From Tepidisphaera sp. (GTDB lineage Bacteria; Planctomycetota; Phycisphaerae; Phycisphaerales; UBA1924), in the NCBI GenBank assembly GCA_050916045.1, contig CP051526.1:256001-320000 (forward strand): a stretch of DNA of 64,000 nucleotides, in the 5' to 3' direction. A program made the position numbers and the translations under genes. This document shows positions 10,184 to 19,559 of the stretch, piece by piece. A model generated the notes under the pieces. The model was not told the DNA's origin. It worked only from the letters and a program-made list of their open reading frames with translations, and searched no databases. Every line of letters starts with the position of its first letter. Position 1 is the stretch's first letter.

Positions 10184-11278
10184 TCAACGAGTCTTCTGTA
10201 TGGCGTCCACTCTTGCTTCGAGCGTCGAGGCCTCCGTCAGCTCGCCCATGATTCGAAGCGACTGAGCGAGATTCTGTAGGTATGGAATCAAGTCCCCGCT
10301 GTTCGGGCCGACAGTCCTTTCTACTGCATGCAGCGCGTCGCGATGCTCGCGAATCCCTTCGGCCAACTTCCCTTGCGCTACGAGACTGTTTGCCAAGTTC
10401 GCTCGTACTGATGCCACGATGGGGTGCGCAGCGCCAGCCATTCGGGTGAACAAGGCGACCGCCTTACCGAGTAGCCTCTCGGCATCCAAGTGTCGGCCTC
10501 GTGAAAGATAGAGATTGCCGAGCCCATTCAAGCTGGATGCCGTCTCCATGCTCGTCTCTCCAAAGACACGTTGACGAATCGATAGAGCGCCGAGATGCAA
10601 ACGCTCTGCGAGATCGAAGAGGCCCTGCTCCTCCGCAACCAGCGCACGGTTGTTCATGACCATCGCTAATGAGCTTCGCTCTTCGGGAACAGCGCGAGCT
10701 TCGTAGATCGACTGGGCGCGCTCGAACAGCGGCGCGGCGGCGGCGAATTTCCCCTGGCTTCGGAGTGCTTCCGCGAGATTGCAGAGGCTGGCTGCGGTGT
10801 CCGGGGCCTTCGGTCCAAGAAGGGACTCTGCTAGTTCGAGGGCGTCAGCCGCCGCAGCCTCCGAGCCAAGATAATCACCTTGCCGATATCGAGCAATCGC
10901 GAGATCGGTCATGCCCTGCCAACTAATGGCCTGGGACGCTGCGGAGACTTTGTAGGTCAATCGGCGATTCTCCCTCACCGCGCCGAGAATCTCGGACAGT
11001 GCGAACGCGGGATTGCTATTCGTCAAGACGACCTCGGCGTCTCGGAGATTCCCAGCGCGCGCAAACGCGATCTGCGCCAGCAATGTCGCAGGAACAGCTT
11101 CCGATGTCATTCGCCGCTCGTAGTCACGCCATGCGGCAATCATGGCATGGCCAGCGTTGATCTGTTCGTCGCTCAAACCCATTCGCCGTAGGTTCAGGAG
11201 CCCGCGGCGGTATCCGTTCCAATAGAACACCGCGAAGGCAACAAGGACCAGCAATGCCAAGCCTGCCAATGTGCGCAT
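10184..11278 (-). CDS. Membrane-anchored tetratricopeptide-repeat protein (kinesin-light-chain-type TPRs)
   Basis: N-terminal TM; repeats such as TAASLCNLAEALRSQGKFAAAAPLFERA; visibly less GC-biased codons. Confidence 0.8.
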   Translation of the reverse strand: MRTLAGLALLVLVAFAVFYWNGYRRGLLNLRRMGLSDEQINAGHAMIAAWRDYERRMTSEAVPATLLAQIAFARAGNLRDAEVVLTNSNPAFALSEILGAVRENRRLTYKVSAASQAISWQGMTDLAIARYRQGDYLGSEAAAADALELAESLLGPKAPDTAASLCNLAEALRSQGKFAAAAPLFERAQSIYEARAVPEERSSLAMVMNNRALVAEEQGLFDLAERLHLGALSIRQRVFGETSMETASSLNGLGNLYLSRGRHLDAERLLGKAVALFTRMAGAAHPIVASVRANLANSLVAQGKLAEGIREHRDALHAVERTVGPNSGDLIPYLQNLAQSLRIMGELTEASTLEARVDAIQKTR

Positions 11279-11420
11279 GTGGTGCAGTGTAGCGACATTA
11301 TGGCTGACAGCGAAACTCTGGCGGTCGGGTCACACGACAACATGATCGCTCAGACGGTTCGCGTGGCACGCTGCAGAGAAGACCTCGGACGATCCGAAGC
11401 CAATCGCGCAAGAGCGCGGG

Positions 11421-11529
11421 TCGATGTTTGAGAACCGGATGTCGATCTCGGGGCGCTCAGGATCGAGACGCAAGAGCCCACCATCGACCCCGGGGAATCT
11501 CGTGTCGATGTTCGATCCTCCGAGATCGA
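11421..11529. repeat. Degenerate 21-bp periodic array (TCGA phased)
   Basis: TCGA starts at 11421, 11442, 11463, 11484, 11505, 11526. Confidence 0.75.
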
Positions 11530-11651
11530 CGTTCTGTTCCCGATCCAAGGCCTTTGTTCGCCCCCACCCACCCACCCCCCACCCCCACCCATCCCCTTCC
11601 CACCTCTCACGCTCCAAGGCCCCAGGCAGGACGCCCGTCCACACGGCATTT

Positions 11652-11728
11652 CTCCGTGCCGCTCCGTGCTCTCCGTGTTTCACACCTTCTTTTCTTCCCC
11701 TCCGCGTTCCTCCGCGCCTCCGCGTTCC
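11652..11728. repeat. Two triplets of short repeats CTCCGTG / CTCCGCG
   Basis: ctccgtgccgctccgtgctctccgtg and ctccgcgttcctccgcgcctccgcgttc. Confidence 0.7.
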
Positions 11729-11820
11729 AACTTCTTTCTGACTTTCGCCAAAGTCGCCCCCGCCGCCCGCCGATTGATCTCCGCAACCCGCGATGGTGCG
11801 GGCGTATCCGGAGATCATCC

Positions 11821-12522
11821 ATGGCCGTTCTGCCCTCCTCCGACGCTCAGTTGGTCGCCTTCTGCGAAGCCCACGCGCCGATTTTTATCGCGAACGCCGC
11901 CGCGATCGGGATCACTCCGGCGGCCGCCACCGCGTTTGATCTTCAGACCAAGGCCGTTCGCGGCAAGCTCAACGCCGCCCTCGCCGCTCGCAACGCTTCC
12001 AAGGCCGCGACCACCGTCTACCACGGTGATGCCGACAACCTCCGCACCACCGCCGCCGATCTCATCCGCTTCGTGAAGGCCTTCGCCGATGCGAGCGCCA
12101 ACCCGCCGGCGGTGTACGCGCTGGCCCAGATCCCGGAACCCACCCCGCCCACGCCCCAGCCCCCGCCCGGCCAGCCTACCGACTTTGTCGCGACCCTTAA
12201 CAGCGGCGGCAGCGTCACCATCAAGTGGAAGTGCGCTGACGCCGCCGCGAGCAGCGGGGCGTTCTTCTCGATCCGCCGGAAGCTTGGGACGGGCCCGGGC
12301 GGTTTCGCCCTCATCGGGACCACGCAGAGCAAGACCTTCGAGGATGCGGGCATCCCGCTGGGCACCTCGGTCGCGACGTACATCATCCAGGGCTTCCGCA
12401 ACGACCTCGCGGGTCCCGAGGGTGTGCAGTTCACGATCCAGTTCGGAGTCGGCGGGCAGTCGATTACATCCCTGACTTTCGGGGAAGCGGGCGGTGAGTC
12501 GGAGTTCAAGGCCGCGGCCTGA
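11821..12522 (+). CDS. Hypothetical protein: helical N-domain, Pro linker, fibronectin-III-like C-domain
   Basis: GGAG SD, strong codon bias; PGQPTDF...VTIKW...FSIRR...FEDAG...YIIQG Fn3-like pattern. Confidence 0.75.
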   Translation: MAVLPSSDAQLVAFCEAHAPIFIANAAAIGITPAAATAFDLQTKAVRGKLNAALAARNASKAATTVYHGDADNLRTTAADLIRFVKAFADASANPPAVYALAQIPEPTPPTPQPPPGQPTDFVATLNSGGSVTIKWKCADAAASSGAFFSIRRKLGTGPGGFALIGTTQSKTFEDAGIPLGTSVATYIIQGFRNDLAGPEGVQFTIQFGVGGQSITSLTFGEAGGESEFKAAA

Positions 12523-12576
12523 TGAGCCGGGGATCGTGCGGGGGTGTGGGGGTGTGGGGGTGTGGCGGTGTGGGGG

Positions 12577-13653
12577 TCAGCACCCTGCTTCGAACGCGCC
12601 CACGAACGCGTCGTAATCCGTGAAGTCCGTGAAGCCGTCGCCGGTGATGTCCGCGTCGGTGTAGTCCGGGCACGCGTTGGGCGTCGTGAAGCACCGGACG
12701 AACCCGTCGTAGTCGAAGAAGTCCACGAACCCATCGCCGTTGAAGTCCGGCTTGCACAAGGGGTCCGGGTCGCCGATCGTCAGCAGGTAGTTGTTGTTCT
12801 GGAAGGGCAGGCCGCAGTCGTTGTTGTTGGCCGGGGGCAGCACGCGGATCACCGCTCGGTACGTCCCCGCCGGAAGGTTGAACTCAAGCCGCGTCGAACT
12901 GCAGAGGTCGCTGAAGTTCTCCGTGAACGGCCGCGTCGCGTTGCAGCCCCGGCGGTACAACCGAAGCAGGATGTCAAGCGGGCTCTGCGCCGTGATCGTC
13001 ACCACCTGCTGCACCGGCACCACGAACTCGTACGAATCGTGGTCCAGCGTCCCGTCCGCAAGCCCCCAGAACGTGCCGTAGTACGTCTGCCCAAGCGATG
13101 CACGCTCCACCGCCGACGCGTCGCTCCCGAAACAACCATCGTTCAGCCGCTCGCCGCAAGGCTCATTCTCGACCAGAGCCCCGAAGGGCTTGCGGAGCAG
13201 GCACCGCGGCTCGAACGTCAGGCGGAGCTTGCCCGTCCGCGGCTGGTTCACCACCGTCGCCGCCAGGCGGATGATGTACTCGCGGCCCGCGAGCACCATG
13301 GTCCCGGCTTCGGGCAGAAAGCCGCAGCGGTCGTCGTTGCACGCAAGCTCGCGGCCGCCGCACCCCTGGAAGATCGCAAGCCCCGCATCCGAGACCGGGC
13401 TACCGCAGGTCGAAGCCAGGAGAAACCCGTCCTGGTCGGCGATGTACTTGAAGTACAGGTCCGGCTTGAGGCGCGGCGTGGGGTCAAAGCACGAGCACGA
13501 CCCGTCCGCCCGGAATCCCGCGGTGGTCCACTGGTAGTCGATCCCGGTCGTGATCAGCTGCGCGTTGTCGCAGCGGTCGCCGCCGCTCTGCCCAAGAGCG
13601 GCGTGCGTGAGAAGGGTCGTCGCAAGAAGAACGAGCGGGTGCGAGGGATTCAT
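12577..13653 (-). CDS. Secreted Cys-rich protein with C-terminal GC-type dockerin-like domain
   Basis: Signal peptide; ACNDDRCG, ENEPCG; ends DITGDGFTDFTDYDAFVGAFEAGC. Confidence 0.85.
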   Translation of the reverse strand: MNPSHPLVLLATTLLTHAALGQSGGDRCDNAQLITTGIDYQWTTAGFRADGSCSCFDPTPRLKPDLYFKYIADQDGFLLASTCGSPVSDAGLAIFQGCGGRELACNDDRCGFLPEAGTMVLAGREYIIRLAATVVNQPRTGKLRLTFEPRCLLRKPFGALVENEPCGERLNDGCFGSDASAVERASLGQTYYGTFWGLADGTLDHDSYEFVVPVQQVVTITAQSPLDILLRLYRRGCNATRPFTENFSDLCSSTRLEFNLPAGTYRAVIRVLPPANNNDCGLPFQNNNYLLTIGDPDPLCKPDFNGDGFVDFFDYDGFVRCFTTPNACPDYTDADITGDGFTDFTDYDAFVGAFEAGC

Positions 13654-13887
13654 GACAAGCAGTACGACGGTTCCCTCATGTTGGATTCGAAAGCCCGCGA
13701 TGAGGGCCGAGATTCAGCGCCGCGGCCGGATTGCTTGTTGCACCAACGAATGTGGGAGCCTGATGAGGGGCGAGTGGGAGGGGGCCGTTCGGGCTCAGCG
13801 TGCGATGGGCGGCTTCGCTTGTGGAGAGGAGTAGGCGATGGACAGGGGGCGTGGTATGCTGCTCATTCACCCTTTCGGAACCCTGCC

Positions 13888-15564
13888 ATGACATCACGAT
13901 TCGTTTCCGCCGCCGCGTTCGCGTCCATCCTCTCACTTGGTCTTGCGGGCTTGGCGACGCCGTCGCTCGCTCAGCCGGACTTGTACATCGCCCAGTACAA
14001 GTTCCAGGACGCGGATGTGCGAGCGATGCGACTGGACGGCTCCGATGAGCGGCTGCTTTTCACGATGCCGAGTAACCGGTGGCTTCCGATCGGCCTGTCG
14101 TACTCCACGCAGACGGGCAAGCTCGTGTGGATGGACTCCGCGGGCACCAGCGCCGTCTTTCGGGCGAGCCTCGACGGATCGGGCCTGACTCAGTCACCGG
14201 CGGTGCCGGGCTTCTGCAAAGGAGCGTCGCTGGACGGGCAGGGCCGCGTGTACTTCGGCTCGGACAACCGCGTGATGCGGATCAACGCCGACGGTTCGGG
14301 GGTGGTGACGCTGTACACCTCGCCGACGACGCCGTTCCCGGTGGGGGCGCCGAAGGTGGATGCGACCAACGGGCATGTGTACTTCGGAGATGACGGGTTC
14401 ATCCGGCGGATGAATCTCGACGGGTCGAACGTGAAGGTCATCGTGAGCGGGATCAGCCAGGCTCGCAACATCGCGCTGGACATCGCTTCGGGGTTCATCT
14501 ACTGGTGCGATGCGGACACGATCTCGGACTACATCGGGCGTGCGAAGCTCGACGGGACGGAGTTCACGGTTCTGGTGGACAACTCTCCGAGCGTGGTGCA
14601 GTCCAGCGGCCTGCTCGACCTGATCGTGGCGCCCGCGCTGGACACCATCGTCTTCGCGGACGACATCGCCGACCGCGTGAACACGACGCGTCTGGATGGC
14701 ACGGACAACACGATCATCTTCAGCGCTGTGCTTGACCAGAGTCCTTCGGGGATCGCACTCTCGACCGGCGAACCCGCGCAGGCCCTCCTCGACATGAACG
14801 GCAACGGTGTGCAGGACGACGCCGACATCGCCGCGGGCGCGCCCGATTGCGACAACAACGGCATCATCGACACGTTCCAGACAGACCCGTGTCCGCAGAG
14901 GACGTTCCTGCTGGACCAGGGTTCGCGAGCGGATCTCTCGAGCGGCAAAGCCATCGGTGAGCTCTCGGTCTGGGAGATCTTCCAACTCTTCCAGGTTCCG
15001 GCGGGCGGCTGGGATGTCGGCGAAGTCGGCCTCGACGGCTTCACGGTGAACTACCACGACGGCTCGGGGTTCACAGCCAGGTTTCTGGCCGATGATGGCA
15101 CGGGGCAGTTCCCCGACGAGAGCCAGGTCTTTGCGTCGGTCGCAGGCAACTTCAGGTTCAACACCAACTACGAGAACTGGGTGTACCTGCCCGTCGCGAC
15201 GCGCCTCGAAGCCGGGCTTTACTGGCTCCACGTGAAGAGCACCGCGCCGACGACCTATCCCAACACGTACCACGGCGTCGCGAATCTGGGCGTCTCGGGC
15301 CTGGGGTCAAAGTCGCGCGGCTCGAGCGGGAACTTCACGATCTTCGGAAGCCCGATGGCGATGCGAATCGTGGAGGGCGTGCCAGAGCTCTGCGGAGATT
15401 TTAACGGCGACCAGTTTGTGGACTTCTTTGACTACGACGCGTTCGTGACCTGCTTTGAGACGCTGGCTTGTCCGCCCGGGCGCTCGGCGGACTACAACGG
15501 CGACCAGTTCGTCGACTTCTTCGACTATGACGACTTCGTGAGCGTCTTCGAGAACGGCTGCTAA
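13888..15564 (+). CDS. Secreted YWTD/LDL-receptor-like beta-propeller protein with GC-type dockerin-like domain
   Basis: Signal peptide; repeated LVWMD/VYFGD/IYWCD...RA(S/K)LDG blades; ends DFFDYDDFVSVFENGC. Confidence 0.85.
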   Translation: MTSRFVSAAAFASILSLGLAGLATPSLAQPDLYIAQYKFQDADVRAMRLDGSDERLLFTMPSNRWLPIGLSYSTQTGKLVWMDSAGTSAVFRASLDGSGLTQSPAVPGFCKGASLDGQGRVYFGSDNRVMRINADGSGVVTLYTSPTTPFPVGAPKVDATNGHVYFGDDGFIRRMNLDGSNVKVIVSGISQARNIALDIASGFIYWCDADTISDYIGRAKLDGTEFTVLVDNSPSVVQSSGLLDLIVAPALDTIVFADDIADRVNTTRLDGTDNTIIFSAVLDQSPSGIALSTGEPAQALLDMNGNGVQDDADIAAGAPDCDNNGIIDTFQTDPCPQRTFLLDQGSRADLSSGKAIGELSVWEIFQLFQVPAGGWDVGEVGLDGFTVNYHDGSGFTARFLADDGTGQFPDESQVFASVAGNFRFNTNYENWVYLPVATRLEAGLYWLHVKSTAPTTYPNTYHGVANLGVSGLGSKSRGSSGNFTIFGSPMAMRIVEGVPELCGDFNGDQFVDFFDYDAFVTCFETLACPPGRSADYNGDQFVDFFDYDDFVSVFENGC

Positions 15565-15582
15565 GCAAGATGTGACTCAAGC

Positions 15583-15620
15583 AAACGGCCGCGCGAGTCT
15601 TTCGCGCGGCCGTTCTTGTT
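15583..15620. terminator. Probably bidirectional terminator
   Basis: AACGGCCGCGCGA-gtctt-TCGCGCGGCCGTT 13-bp stem between convergent genes. Confidence 0.8.
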
Positions 15621-15683
15621 GTCAGAAGATCGAACCAGAGGGTGAGGCAGGGCTTCACCCTTCTGCGTGACTTGGGTTCAGCT

Positions 15684-16082
15684 TTACTTGGGCTCAACCG
15701 GCTTGCTGGGCGTGCCGCCGGTGGTATCGCCCGGCGTGTTCGCGGGCGGGTTGGCCGCGGGGGCTTTGGGATCGACCGGGGGTGTGTTGGGCGTTTCGGC
15801 GGGGGGCGAGCCGGGGTTGTTGGCCGGCGGGTTGGCGGGGTTGTTCGCCGGGTTGTTCGCGGGCGCGGCACCCTGATCGATGACCGGAACCTGCTCATTC
15901 GCGGGCGGGGCTTCCATCGCGTCGCGCGGGCGCTGGGGAGCGGGCTGGCCGTTCACGGCTTTGGGCTGGATGGTTTCTCCGCCGGCACCGGTGAGGTACG
16001 CCCCGGCGAAGCCGCCGACGACGATCCCGAGGATGAGCCCGGGCAGGAACGCTTTGGTGAACGAGTTATCGCGCTGAGGCAT
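15684..16082 (-). CDS. Hypothetical single-TM protein with Pro/Asn-rich tail
   Basis: FLPGLILGIVVGGFAGAYL TM; PANN repeats; GGAG upstream. Confidence 0.75.
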   Translation of the reverse strand: MPQRDNSFTKAFLPGLILGIVVGGFAGAYLTGAGGETIQPKAVNGQPAPQRPRDAMEAPPANEQVPVIDQGAAPANNPANNPANPPANNPGSPPAETPNTPPVDPKAPAANPPANTPGDTTGGTPSKPVEPK

Positions 16083-16204
16083 GGGAAAGCTCCGACTGGT
16101 CGGCCCGCCGCACACGGATGTGCCAAGGGGGTGGGGGGACACTAGGGGCGGCCGGCCGAACAGTTCGACCTGCACCGCGGCTTTTGGACGGCGGACCACG
16201 CCAT

Positions 16205-16408
16205 TTAGCGCATCCGCCTCATCCGATACACCCATCGTCCGTAGTCGAGCACGGAGTGCAGAATCGCCCCCCTCCCCTGCGGATAGCCCCTTCCAAACGC
16301 CGTGTGGAGCCGCCAGGTCCAGTAGGGGCCCCGGAACCTGCCCCGAGAGATCACCGCCAGCCGGGCGAGCTCGTACAGAGCACCGAAAAACTCCCGAATC
16401 GCGGTCAT
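16205..16408 (-). CDS. Small basic hypothetical protein (67 aa)
   Basis: MTAIREFF...YWTWRLHTAFG...YGRWVYRMRRMR; GAGGA SD; follows the epimerase gene. Confidence 0.6.
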   Translation of the reverse strand: MTAIREFFGALYELARLAVISRGRFRGPYWTWRLHTAFGRGYPQGRGAILHSVLDYGRWVYRMRRMR

Positions 16409-16421
16409 GCGAACAGATTCC

Positions 16422-17432
16422 TCATGCTTTGGCGAGACTGGAGCGGTACCACCGCATCGTCTCGTCCAGCCCGGCTTGGATGCTGGTCGTGGGCTCAAAG
16501 CCGATCAGCTCGCGGGCTTTGCCAAAGTCGGCCAGGGAGTGCGGCACATCACCCGCGCGGGCGGGCTCGTGGACGGGCTGGAGCGACCGGTGGTCGGACT
16601 GGGCGATCATCAGCGAAGCCAGCGACGTGACCGACGTGGCGTTGCCCGTGCCGACGTTGAGGGCTTCGCCCTTGAGCGGGGCGGGCGCGGCGCCGGCGAG
16701 GAGGGTGGCGAGCACAGCGTCCGCGACGAACGTGAAGTCCCGCGTCTGTGAGCCGTCCCCCTGAATAACCGGGGCTTCGCCCGCCGCGATCTTCTTGGCG
16801 AAGGCCGCGATGACGGCGGCGTAGGCGGAATTGGGGTTCTGCCGCGGGCCAAAGACGTTGAAGTACCGCAGGCTGACCGTGCTGATGCCGTAGCAGGCCG
16901 CCCAGACGGCCAAGAGCGACTCGCCCGCGAGTTTGCTCGCCGCGTAGGGCGAGAGGGGCCTGGGCATCGCCGTCTCGACCCGCGGGAGCCGAGGGTCGTC
17001 CCCGTAGACCGACGAGGAACCCGCGAAAACCACCCGCTCGACCTTGTGGATCCGGGCGGCTTCGAGGATCCGCACCGTGCCCGTCGCGTTGACCGACCAC
17101 GTTCGCTGGGGGAACTCGATCGACCGGGGCACCGAGCCCAGGGCCGCGAGGTGGAAGATCGTGCGCGTGTCGTCGGTGGCGTCGGCGACGGCTTCATCGT
17201 CCAGGATCGAGCCATGGACGAACCGGACCCGCTCGGGTTCGAGCTCGATCAGGCCGGCGAGGTGCTCGAGGTTGGCGTTGGACAGGTCGTCCAGCACCGT
17301 CGTGATCGCGCCCAGCGAGACCAGAGCGTCGCAGAGGTGCCCGCCGATGAACCCGGCTCCGCCGGTCACCAGGACGCGGCGGCCCTGGTAGAAGCCGCGG
17401 AGGCGGTGCACCTTGTCGGCGGGGAGCTTCAT
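16422..17432 (-). CDS. NAD-dependent epimerase/dehydratase (extended SDR)
   Basis: [47 protein letters not shown]. Confidence 0.95.
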   Translation of the reverse strand: MKLPADKVHRLRGFYQGRRVLVTGGAGFIGGHLCDALVSLGAITTVLDDLSNANLEHLAGLIELEPERVRFVHGSILDDEAVADATDDTRTIFHLAALGSVPRSIEFPQRTWSVNATGTVRILEAARIHKVERVVFAGSSSVYGDDPRLPRVETAMPRPLSPYAASKLAGESLLAVWAACYGISTVSLRYFNVFGPRQNPNSAYAAVIAAFAKKIAAGEAPVIQGDGSQTRDFTFVADAVLATLLAGAAPAPLKGEALNVGTGNATSVTSLASLMIAQSDHRSLQPVHEPARAGDVPHSLADFGKARELIGFEPTTSIQAGLDETMRWYRSSLAKA

Positions 17433-17509
17433 CAGTCAGAGGATAGGGGCGGCCCCGGAGCGAGGAACGGGGACTCCGGCCGTGGTGAGCTGGCGGCGTG
17501 GGAAAGGCG

Positions 17510-17562
17510 TGGGGGCGGAGTGGGGGTGGTGGGGGTGGTGGGGGTGGTGGGGGAGTGGGGGG
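17510..17562. repeat. G-run microsatellite (TGGGGGTGG)n in a divergent promoter region
   Basis: Six G5-G6 runs immediately upstream of the nuoB -10 box. Confidence 0.8.
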
Positions 17563-17580
17563 CGGCTACCATTGGGTCCT

Positions 17581-18144
17581 ATGGGTCTAGAAGCCGCACT
17601 TCCGGGTGATTTGGTCCTGACGACACAGCTCCGCCGCGTGATCAACTGGGCGCGGCGGTCCAGCCTCTGGCCGATGCCGTTCGCGACGGCCTGCTGCGGG
17701 ATCGAGCTGATGGCGACGGCGTGCAGCCGCTTCGACCTCGCCCGGTTCGGTGCCGAGGTCATGCGGTTCAGTCCCCGCCAGGCCGACCTGATGATCGTGG
17801 CCGGCCGCATCGGCATCAAGATGCTCCCGGTGCTGCAGCGGATCTACCAGCAGATGCCCGAGCCCAAGTGGGTGATCTCGATGGGCGCCTGTGCGTCGAC
17901 GGGCGGTGTCTTTGACACGTACGCCACGGTGCAGGGGTGCGACCAGTTCATCCCGGTGGATGTGTACGTCCCCGGGTGCCCGCCGCGTCCGGAACAGCTG
18001 ATCGAGGGCGTGATGGCGATCCAGCGGCACATCGACCAGGAAGGCATGCCGCCTCCCGGTGGCAAGCGCGTCCCGCTGGGCCTGGTGCTTCAGCCGACCC
18101 ACGGCGTGCGCCCGCAGCCGGTGGGCCTGACGCTGGGCACGTAA
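17581..18144 (+). CDS. nuoB: NADH-quinone oxidoreductase subunit B
   Basis: [42 protein letters not shown]. Confidence 0.95.
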   Translation: MGLEAALPGDLVLTTQLRRVINWARRSSLWPMPFATACCGIELMATACSRFDLARFGAEVMRFSPRQADLMIVAGRIGIKMLPVLQRIYQQMPEPKWVISMGACASTGGVFDTYATVQGCDQFIPVDVYVPGCPPRPEQLIEGVMAIQRHIDQEGMPPPGGKRVPLGLVLQPTHGVRPQPVGLTLGT

Positions 18145-18167
18145 GAAGGCCCGAGAAACGAGGATCG

Positions 18168-18629
18168 GTGTTGGCGGTTGGGGGATCGAGGGTGCCCCTC
18201 CGGGGTGCTGCGCGTTCGGTGCGGGCCTTGGGCCGAACCGCCAAGGGCTTTGAGACGACCGCCGACGTGCCGAATGGAACATCCAAGGGTTTGGAGACGA
18301 CCGTCGACGTGCTGAATGGAGCATCCAAGGGCTTGGAGACGACCGTCGACGTGCTGGATGGAGCATCCAGGGGTTCGATGATGACCGTCGACGTGCTGGA
18401 TGGAGCATCCAGGGGTTCGACGATGACCGTTCAAGGCTTTATCAAGGCCGTGAAAGGGTCCACGACGACCGTTCAAGGCCTCATGAAGGCCGTGAAGGGG
18501 TTCACGACGACCGTTCAAGGCCTCATGAAGGCCGTGAAGGGGTTCACGACGACCGTGCAAGGCTTCACGAAGACCGTGAAGGGGCTCACGATGACCGTTC
18601 AAGGCTTCACGAGGATCGTGAAGGGCTGA
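18168..18629 (+). CDS. Possible heptad-repeat small protein encoded by the tandem array
   Basis: GAGGA before GTG 18168; frame stays open through the array (TVQGLMKAVKGFTT)n. Confidence 0.3.
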   Translation: MLAVGGSRVPLRGAARSVRALGRTAKGFETTADVPNGTSKGLETTVDVLNGASKGLETTVDVLDGASRGSMMTVDVLDGASRGSTMTVQGFIKAVKGSTTTVQGLMKAVKGFTTTVQGLMKAVKGFTTTVQGFTKTVKGLTMTVQGFTRIVKG

Positions 18630-18648
18630 ACGACCACCGTTCAAAGGG
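18241..18648. repeat. 42-bp (2x21) tandem repeat, about 10 units
   Basis: Units drift from ccaagggcttggagacgaccgtcgacgtgctggatggagcat to tgaaggggttcacgacgaccgttcaaggcctcatgaaggccg. Confidence 0.9.
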
Positions 18649-18748
18649 GTTGGAACGGGCTGAAGGGGTCAGGGACAGAGCCGATGGTGGCCGCGCCACG
18701 GGCCACACCGCCGATCGGAGGCCGTTCCGGGATTCCGCGGGGTCGGCC

Positions 18749-19510
18749 TCAAGTGCCGCCGTGCGATGACCGAGCGGTCTTGGCGTCTTGGGCAGCTTTC
18801 AGCGTGCGGACGGCCGCTTCGGTCTCTTTTGCGACCCGCTCCCAGCCTTCGCGGGCGTCGGGAGCGTCGGGGAAGGTGAGCGGCGGGCCGACCGAGACGA
18901 CCATCTTGTGCGGACGCGGGAAGAACTTGTCCGCGGGCATGGATTCGAACGCGCCGGCGATGTGGCAGGGGATCACCGGGACGTTGGTCCCCGCGACGAG
19001 CATGCCCAGGCCCGGCTTGAACGAGCCCATCTGGCCGTCGCGGCTCCGCGTGCCTTCGGGGAAGATGATGAACCCCGAGTCCCCTTCGAGCAGCCGCTCG
19101 CGGAGCTCAAAGAGCGCGTGGGTGGTGACCTTCTTCCGCCAGATGGGGAGGGCGTTGATGAAGAGGGAGGAGAGCACCGAGTGGGCGAGGCTCTTGAAGA
19201 AGACATCGCCGGCGGCGACGGGGTAGGCGTGGGCCCGGGCCAGCCTCGGCAGGATGCAGGAAAGGAGCGGCGCATCGATGTGCGACTGGTGGTTGGAGAT
19301 CATCACGAAGGGCGGCTTGGTCGGCAGGTACTGCTTGCCGACGACCTCGAGGCGGTTGTAGAGGGTGAAGTGGGTGCGGAGGACGCCGGTGGCGGCGTGG
19401 TGGGCGAGGATGGAGAGGAAGCCCGGCTCGCGGCGGACGCTTTTGATGCGTTCGGCGGGGGGGAGGCCGTGGTCGGCGGCGGGCTTGTAAGTCCAGGTCC
19501 GGTCCTGCAT
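18749..19510 (-). CDS. Lysophospholipid acyltransferase (PlsC family)
   Basis: SNHQSHID (HX4D), IFPEGTRS, FKPG, PVIP. Confidence 0.9.
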   Translation of the reverse strand: MQDRTWTYKPAADHGLPPAERIKSVRREPGFLSILAHHAATGVLRTHFTLYNRLEVVGKQYLPTKPPFVMISNHQSHIDAPLLSCILPRLARAHAYPVAAGDVFFKSLAHSVLSSLFINALPIWRKKVTTHALFELRERLLEGDSGFIIFPEGTRSRDGQMGSFKPGLGMLVAGTNVPVIPCHIAGAFESMPADKFFPRPHKMVVSVGPPLTFPDAPDAREGWERVAKETEAAVRTLKAAQDAKTARSSHGGT

Positions 19511-19559
19511 TGCGGCGGATGGTAGGGGAGGGCAAGCCACGCTTGCGATGGCGCGAGCT

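Noticed and set aside
18241..18648. CRISPR array
   Set aside because: Units are contiguous tandem copies with no unique spacers, and there are no cas genes
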